From NCBI GenBank assembly GCA_003250975.1, contig QKIY01000009.1:30727-94726 (forward strand): 64,000 nt of DNA, given 5' to 3'. Both the position numbers and the translations under genes were made by a program. Position 1 is the first letter of the stretch, and each line of letters starts with the position of its first letter. Source of the DNA: Gammaproteobacteria bacterium (GTDB lineage Bacteria; Pseudomonadota; Gammaproteobacteria; Eutrophobiales; Eutrophobiaceae). Of this stretch, positions 58,501 through 64,000 are shown one piece after another. Below the pieces are notes generated by a model that worked only from the letters and a program-made list of their open reading frames with translations, did no database searches and had not been told where the DNA came from.

Positions 58501-59682
58501 CTAGTACACCCTAGGACGGGTGGAGCGGTACACCTGCGCCCGCTGGCGCTTGGTCAAGATCATCTGCCAGAGCTGGCCACGCCTCGATCGGAAAAACCCG
58601 GCACAGCAGTGCAGATAATACTTCCACATACGGTAAAACCGTAAATCATATTTCCCTGCGAGCGAATCCCAGGCCTGGTTAAAGTTATTCCACCAGGACA
58701 TCAGAGTCCTGTCATAGTCCAGACCAAAATTATGCCAGTCCTCAATCAGGAATCGGTCTTCAAGGGCTGCAGTTATATTTCTTGCGGCTGGTAATCTTCC
58801 ATTACGGAAAATATATTTATCTATCCAGGGATCGATTGCCCATACTTCTGATCTGTCTGTGCCTATTGTATGCAACAGAAACAACCCATCGTCCTTCAGC
58901 AATTCCAGAACCTTATCGAAAAACACACCGTAGTTTTTCAAACCGACGTGTTCGAACATTCCAACTGAAACCACCTTGTCAAACTTCCCTGTGACATCCC
59001 GATAGTCAGAAAGTAGTATCTCCACGGGCAGCCCTTCACAACGCTGCCTTGCCCATTCCTCCTGCTGCTTCGAGACCGTTACACCGACCACCTCTACACC
59101 GTAATTTCTGGCAGCGTGCATCGCAAGACCGCCCCAGCCGCAGCCGATATCCAGCAGACGCTCACCGGACTTGAGTTCCAGTTTCTGGCAGATCATGTCC
59201 AGCTTTTTCTGTTGCGCCTCTTCCAGGTTATCTGCATCTTCCCAGTAGCCACAGGAATAACTCATAGTGGAATCCAGCATGGCCTCGAATACATCATTGC
59301 CAATATCGTAATGCAGCTTGCCGACCTGGAAGGCGCGGGATATGGATTGCAAGTTAAATATTTGGTGACGTATGATCCTGACGATCATGGGCAAACGGAA
59401 CCAGATAGCCAGCCTGTCCTGGACACGAGCAGCCGTTAAACGGGTAAATAATTGATCCAGGGAGCGGCAATCCCACAGGCCGTCCATATAGGCTTCGCCA
59501 AAACCAAGTGATCCCTTTGTCAGGATCATGTCATATACGGCCGCATCATTGACCTGTATATCCCATGGAGATTCGCCATTAAACTTGACCCCGGCCATGC
59601 CGGCGAGTTTACGCAATATGGCAGGTGGCTCGTCAGGCATACTATTTCGATATGAATCCTGCTTTTCAATGTATGACTTCAT
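58501..59682 (-). CDS. cfa: Cyclopropane-fatty-acyl-phospholipid synthase.
   Basis: The protein has the SAM-binding motif DIGCGWGGLA and is collinear with the CFA synthase family. The start is at the ATG with a GGGGGAGG RBS; the ORF-track start is a TTG 17 codons upstream. Confidence 0.85.
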   Translation of the reverse strand: MKSYIEKQDSYRNSMPDEPPAILRKLAGMAGVKFNGESPWDIQVNDAAVYDMILTKGSLGFGEAYMDGLWDCRSLDQLFTRLTAARVQDRLAIWFRLPMIVRIIRHQIFNLQSISRAFQVGKLHYDIGNDVFEAMLDSTMSYSCGYWEDADNLEEAQQKKLDMICQKLELKSGERLLDIGCGWGGLAMHAARNYGVEVVGVTVSKQQEEWARQRCEGLPVEILLSDYRDVTGKFDKVVSVGMFEHVGLKNYGVFFDKVLELLKDDGLFLLHTIGTDRSEVWAIDPWIDKYIFRNGRLPAARNITAALEDRFLIEDWHNFGLDYDRTLMSWWNNFNQAWDSLAGKYDLRFYRMWKYYLHCCAGFFRSRRGQLWQMILTKRQRAQVYRSTRPRVY

Positions 59683-60285
59683 GTTCCTCCCCCTATCCGA
59701 GTAAATATGCAACTTAAAACTGATTCCATTCAATATTAAATCTAGAGTAAGTCTAAATTAAATTCAACCCTGTAAGATTGTTCAAAACCTGGACATCGCT
59801 AATATGGGGATTGTAAAAAAATTTTTAAACCTTCATAACCCGAAAACTATATACGGCAATTAAATTAAAGTGCACCAAACTAGAGCAAATTTCATTACGG
59901 ACAGATGATCTGTATCAGTTAATTAACACATCAAGAAATTTCCATTTTTACTGGAAAACCAACATAGCATCCGATGAACATTTGAATTTAATCTAACTCC
60001 CTGAACTGATTTGAAAAATATGAGTACTAATTATATTGTTTAGCATTAACCATACACACATATCATTTTCATAAAAAATCTGGTTGTTATTTTGTCGAAA
60101 CGCAGAATCAAGACAATTCCCGAAACAGGCATACTGGTTTTACTTCTTGCATACCTGTTTTATATCTATAGCGTACGGTCCGCTCCCAATAATGGTTTCA
60201 ACTTGACGAACAGCATCGTTCCGCAAGACGAGATAATGTAATTAAACTTAACCTCTGAATGTTTCATCCAGCGGGAATAAATTAA

Positions 60286-61095
60286 ATGTCTGATAAAATC
60301 AACAAATATGCCGGATCGATCCCCGACATTTATCATCGTTACCTGGTTCCCTTGATCTTCGACGCTTATGCCAGGGACCTTGCGGAACGCGTTGAAGTAC
60401 CAGCTGGCGGTGCCGTCCTAGAGACCGCCGGCGGCACGGGCGTGCTGACCCGACACTTGCTGGACATTTTGCCGGAAACAATAAGGATAGTAGCAACCGA
60501 CATCAATCCCGCAATGCTCGAGGTTGCGGAAACAAACCTGGGCATGGCCAAAAACATCCGGTTCCAGGTGGCGAACGGAATTGAATTACCATTTGAAGAT
60601 AATTCATTTGATGTTGTCATCTGCCAGTTCGGAGTAATGTTTTTCCCCGATATAGTCCGTGGTTACCGCGAAGCAGTGCGTGTCCTGAAACCAGGTGGAC
60701 AATTTATCTTCAATGTCTGGGATGTCCTTGAAAAAAATATATTCTCCAGCGCCGTTCACGAGGCCGCCATGGCTCTGGCCCCCGGGAACCCGCCTGATTT
60801 CCTGAAGTTTCCCTACGCCTATTCCGACGTTTCCGAAATAACCCGGCAACTTGAAGCGGCGGGATTTACCGACATCGGGAGTACGGTTCTTCCAAAGGAA
60901 AGCCGGGCAGACTCAGCGCGGGACGTGGCCCTGGCGCTTGCCGCAGGCTCACCATTGGCAACCCAGCTTGCTGAGCGGGGTCTGGCGGAAAAAGGCATCG
61001 AAGTTATCGAGGCGGAGCTGAGGCAGAGATTCGGCGGTAGTACAGTCACGGCCCCGATGCAGGCTATAGTCATAAAGGCATACAAGCCTGCCTGA
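60286..61095 (+). CDS. Class I SAM-dependent methyltransferase.
   Basis: The protein has Motif I (VLETAGGTGVLT), the acidic motif (ATDIN) and the Methyltransf_11/25 pattern. Confidence 0.8.
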   Translation: MSDKINKYAGSIPDIYHRYLVPLIFDAYARDLAERVEVPAGGAVLETAGGTGVLTRHLLDILPETIRIVATDINPAMLEVAETNLGMAKNIRFQVANGIELPFEDNSFDVVICQFGVMFFPDIVRGYREAVRVLKPGGQFIFNVWDVLEKNIFSSAVHEAAMALAPGNPPDFLKFPYAYSDVSEITRQLEAAGFTDIGSTVLPKESRADSARDVALALAAGSPLATQLAERGLAEKGIEVIEAELRQRFGGSTVTAPMQAIVIKAYKPA

Positions 61096-61245
61096 TAGAC
61101 CCCACTACACCAGCAGTTAATCCTTTCACTTCCTGACCCAGACATCTGTCCCGTTCAAGGACATTTCAGACATATGTCCATTAAAAACTGTCCTCCGTGA
61201 CCCTAGATTAAGGTTATACACCCAGATCCATGGAGAACATTAATT

Positions 61246-61806
61246 ATGAATACTCTCGTCAATAAATACCCACTCGCTCTCCGGATTACCCACGCCGGCC
61301 TGGCAATCTTTGGTATTTTCGCCTACCTGACAGGGGAATTTGCCGAGGAAACAGAACACGGACTGTCGGTGGGTTACTGGTTGCATGCCTACCTTGGCTT
61401 GACACTGGCCTTATTCTTAATCAGCCATATTATCGGCAGACTTGCATCAAGCGATAGGGTGAAATCAGGCCAACTGGCCGGGAGCCGTTACTTTTTCGCC
61501 TCTATACGTGAGGACATCGGGCAATTGCTTCGTTTTCGATTACCACTGAGAGAAGACCACGGCGGCCTCGCCGGCCTGGTTCAGGTATTCGGCCTGCTGA
61601 TATTCCTGTGGATGTCGATTACCGGTATTATCCTGCTGTACCTGGGGGGGGCCGAGGTCTCTGGCCTTGCCCACAGTGTGGCTGAAGCGCATGAAGTGGG
61701 AGAACAACTGATCCCGATATTTTTATTTCTTCATGTTGGCGCCGTTATCCTGCATTCGATCGCCGGTCACGCAATCTGGCAACGGATGAATCCATTTACG
61801 AAGTAG
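61246..61806 (+). CDS. Cytochrome b561 / Ni-Fe-hydrogenase b-type cytochrome family membrane protein.
   Basis: The protein has four TM helices with conserved His pairs (RITHAG..., HAYLG, HVGAVILH). A GGAG RBS is present. Confidence 0.7.
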   Translation: MNTLVNKYPLALRITHAGLAIFGIFAYLTGEFAEETEHGLSVGYWLHAYLGLTLALFLISHIIGRLASSDRVKSGQLAGSRYFFASIREDIGQLLRFRLPLREDHGGLAGLVQVFGLLIFLWMSITGIILLYLGGAEVSGLAHSVAEAHEVGEQLIPIFLFLHVGAVILHSIAGHAIWQRMNPFTK

Positions 61807-61867
61807 GAGTTGTTTTATCAAAACGATCTCACAGTTTTTAAAAACATATTTTTCCCTTCTGGTCCTT

Positions 61868-62302
61868 GTGGGTGCGTCCTGTTTCTTCCTCTACGATATT
61901 ATCAACGACCTGAACAAGGGGATGGACAGCGCCTTGCACCTGCTGCTTGAAGGCTGTGTGTTTGTCGCGACATCAATTGCCTTATATATTGAGATCAGGC
62001 GTGTAATTGGACTACACAAAAGGATTATTATTGAAGAGGGGAAGGTCTCCAGATTGACCGGGGAGCTGTTTGCGATCATTAACAGTGAATTTGATAAATG
62101 GAACCTGACAGACACAGAAAAGGAAATTGCCATCCTGCTGATCAAGGGACTGTCAATGCGCGAGATTGGTGAATTACGGCAGGTTAAGGAAAAAACAATC
62201 CGCCAGCAGGCTACACAGATCTACGCAAAGGCAGGCTATTCAAACCGCCAGGAACTGGCGTCCCATTTTATTGAAGATCTTATCAACACCGCCCCGCGGT
62301 AA
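61868..62302 (+). CDS. Membrane-anchored LuxR/GerE-family HTH transcriptional regulator.
   Basis: The protein has an N-terminal hydrophobic segment and a C-terminal LuxR-type HTH (TEKEIAILLIKGLSMREIGELRQVKEKTIRQQATQIYAKAG). The start is GTG. Confidence 0.65.
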   Translation: MGASCFFLYDIINDLNKGMDSALHLLLEGCVFVATSIALYIEIRRVIGLHKRIIIEEGKVSRLTGELFAIINSEFDKWNLTDTEKEIAILLIKGLSMREIGELRQVKEKTIRQQATQIYAKAGYSNRQELASHFIEDLINTAPR

Positions 62303-62385
62303 TTTCCCCGATCTGATAATTACCGCTTCCAACGCCGATGAAACATCATCATTCATTGATGATGTTATTAAATCGATGAGTATAT

Positions 62386-62793
62386 TCAGATAACTTCTAT
62401 AAAAAGCAAAATCCACATGACTAGCAAAATAATCTGGCTGACCGAAAAGGCCGTCAGCCGATGAAAGACACGATTATAGGTCAGGTGGATCATCGTATGT
62501 ACAAGGCGAGCAGCAACATAGGCCCAGGCCAGGCCAACCATCAAAGTGTTGTCCATGTGCAAGGAAAACGCCAAAAGACAGGCTACGTAGAAAAGCAGTG
62601 GCGCTTCGTAAAGGTTGGACAAATGGCGTGTGGTTTTCAATACATCTGCAGGTGGTTCTCCACCCCGAAAAATCTCATAATACTCTATCCGCACCACCCC
62701 TTCTCTAACAGACCTTACCCGGGTACTCAGTATCAACGGTCCAACGGCAAATGTAATCAATACCATGGCAAAAACAGGAAATAATATATCCAT
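62386..62793 (-). CDS. MAPEG family membrane protein.
   Basis: The 135-aa protein has 3-4 TM segments and matches the MAPEG pattern (RxxxNxxExxP/L...Y). A GGGGGAG RBS is present. Confidence 0.65.
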   Translation of the reverse strand: MDILFPVFAMVLITFAVGPLILSTRVRSVREGVVRIEYYEIFRGGEPPADVLKTTRHLSNLYEAPLLFYVACLLAFSLHMDNTLMVGLAWAYVAARLVHTMIHLTYNRVFHRLTAFSVSQIILLVMWILLFIEVI

Positions 62794-62912
62794 TTCTCCC
62801 CCTTTTTATTTTACATTTTCAATTAACACATACTCGTCAGGCATCATATAAATCCTATTGAGTATAGGACAATGACATAATACGGAATTACGATTGTCGT
62901 TCATGCGAATCT

Positions 62913-63998
62913 CTAATTATCAACCATGAGACTTCCACCGTGACCGTAACCGCCGGTATCCAAGAAATAGCGTGGCCCTTCTGTCTTGTATCCTCCTTTT
63001 ACGGGATCAGTTGCCAGTAACAGGGGCGTATCAAGGTCAATCCAGTCAAACCCGCCCAGACCAGCCGCGAAGTGGGCGCTGAACCCCATGGCAATGCGGG
63101 TTTCCACCATTCCGCCGATCATCAGTCCGAGCATGCCCGCCCGGGCTATAGCGGTGATTTCCAGGGCTTCCATCACACCGCACTTGGCAATCTTGATATT
63201 AACTACCTGTGCAAGACCTTCCCTGACGATCCGCAGTGCGTCCCCGGCAGAACGGCAGGACTCGTCCGCTGCAATTGCGACCCCGGCCTCCCGTGCCAGA
63301 CGCCCCATCCCATCCCAGTCATCCCGAACCAGCGGCTGTTCCAGCAGGTCTGGATTAATTTTCGCCCGGCGTAATTCTGAAAGAACCTCCAGCGTCTCCT
63401 CAACCGTATAGCCGGTATTGGCATCCAGTATCAGTCTGCAGTCGCTGAAACCACGTTTAATGGCCAGGATGCGATCGAGGTCACTGCCAGTATCATGACC
63501 CATCTTCGTCTTGATGATCGAAAAACCATCCGCCTTGTATTGTCTGGCAAGTCGCTCGGCCTCTGCTGCCGGGCAAATGGGAATAGTGATATCAGTAATG
63601 ATATTGTCTGAACAGCCGCCAAAAAACCGGAACAGGGGTATACGCCAAGAATGCATCAGGGCATCAATCATTGCCATTTCAAGGCCACAGCGTACAGCGG
63701 CATGGTCCGGCAGACGCTCCCGCAGCTCATTGGCGATACGGCGCCATGACCCGGCATTTTTACCTTCAAGCAGTGCGCCCTCCCGGGTGAGGATATCACG
63801 GGCGGTCTCCTGATCCTCTTTAGTTACCTGCGGCAGTATCGGGACCTCGCCCCAGCCAAGTGAACCGTCTGCCAATTCAACGGTCACGGCGAGATTTTCG
63901 ATCACTGACAGAGTTGAGGTTGCAATACTAAAGGTGGCCTTCAGGGGCACGGTCAGGGGATAAAGTGCAACTTTCCTGATCTCGAGATCGGTATTCAT
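62913..63998 (-). CDS. Enolase-superfamily dipeptide epimerase / muconate-cycloisomerase-like enzyme (L-Ala-D/L-Glu epimerase family).
   Basis: The protein has the catalytic Lys-x-Lys (IIKTKMG) and metal ligands in ILDANTGY...DLLEQP...DES. The gene is complete; its ATG lies at 63996-63998. Confidence 0.85.
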   Translation of the reverse strand: MNTDLEIRKVALYPLTVPLKATFSIATSTLSVIENLAVTVELADGSLGWGEVPILPQVTKEDQETARDILTREGALLEGKNAGSWRRIANELRERLPDHAAVRCGLEMAMIDALMHSWRIPLFRFFGGCSDNIITDITIPICPAAEAERLARQYKADGFSIIKTKMGHDTGSDLDRILAIKRGFSDCRLILDANTGYTVEETLEVLSELRRAKINPDLLEQPLVRDDWDGMGRLAREAGVAIAADESCRSAGDALRIVREGLAQVVNIKIAKCGVMEALEITAIARAGMLGLMIGGMVETRIAMGFSAHFAAGLGGFDWIDLDTPLLLATDPVKGGYKTEGPRYFLDTGGYGHGGSLMVDN

Positions 63999-64000
63999 CA

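Overview
This window looks like a gammaproteobacterial chromosomal segment (plausibly a marine or sulfur-oxidiser type genome) and is densely coding on both strands.

Features called:
- **Conserved core genes:** typA/bipA, arfB, tag, slyD, cysG, dcd, apbC/mrp divergent from metG, apbE, yajQ, ttcA, a cspA-family gene, cfa, and an addA/addB-type helicase-nuclease pair.
- **Rnf-type cluster** rnfA-B-C-D-G sitting directly after metG.
- **tRNA-Ser(CGA).**

Accessory-looking blocks worth attention:
1. A complete 'proteobacterial dedicated sortase' (Pds) locus: histidine kinase plus OmpR-type regulator, an OmpA-family protein, a VIT-vWA target protein ending in LPRTAT followed by a TM segment and charged tail, and a TLxTC sortase.
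2. Next to it, a very unusual 834-aa protein (two cNMP-binding domains, a rhodanese domain, and a ~450-residue K/E-rich coiled coil) and a 72-aa patatin gene remnant.
3. An atypical Rnf operon:
   - the RnfA homolog appears to lack both conserved cysteines of the RnfA/RnfE Fe-S site;
   - there is no rnfE;
   - a DUF484/GAF-like gene is translationally coupled to rnfG.
4. A tungstate/molybdate-type module made of a TunR/ModE-N-type regulator, an OprO/P-like anion porin and an orphan TupA-like binding protein, with no ABC permease or ATPase and a DASS anion symporter next door.
5. A stand-alone EgtD-family histidine N-methyltransferase adjacent to msrB.
6. A 56-aa DUF3012 lipoprotein gene missed by the ORF track, whose start overlaps the tag stop (ATGA).
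7. A pilin-fold protein without a prepilin leader.

Several ORF-track starts are GTG/TTG codons rendered as M, so I re-called starts where homology or an RBS supported an internal ATG.

I found no CRISPR array, integrase or transposase.
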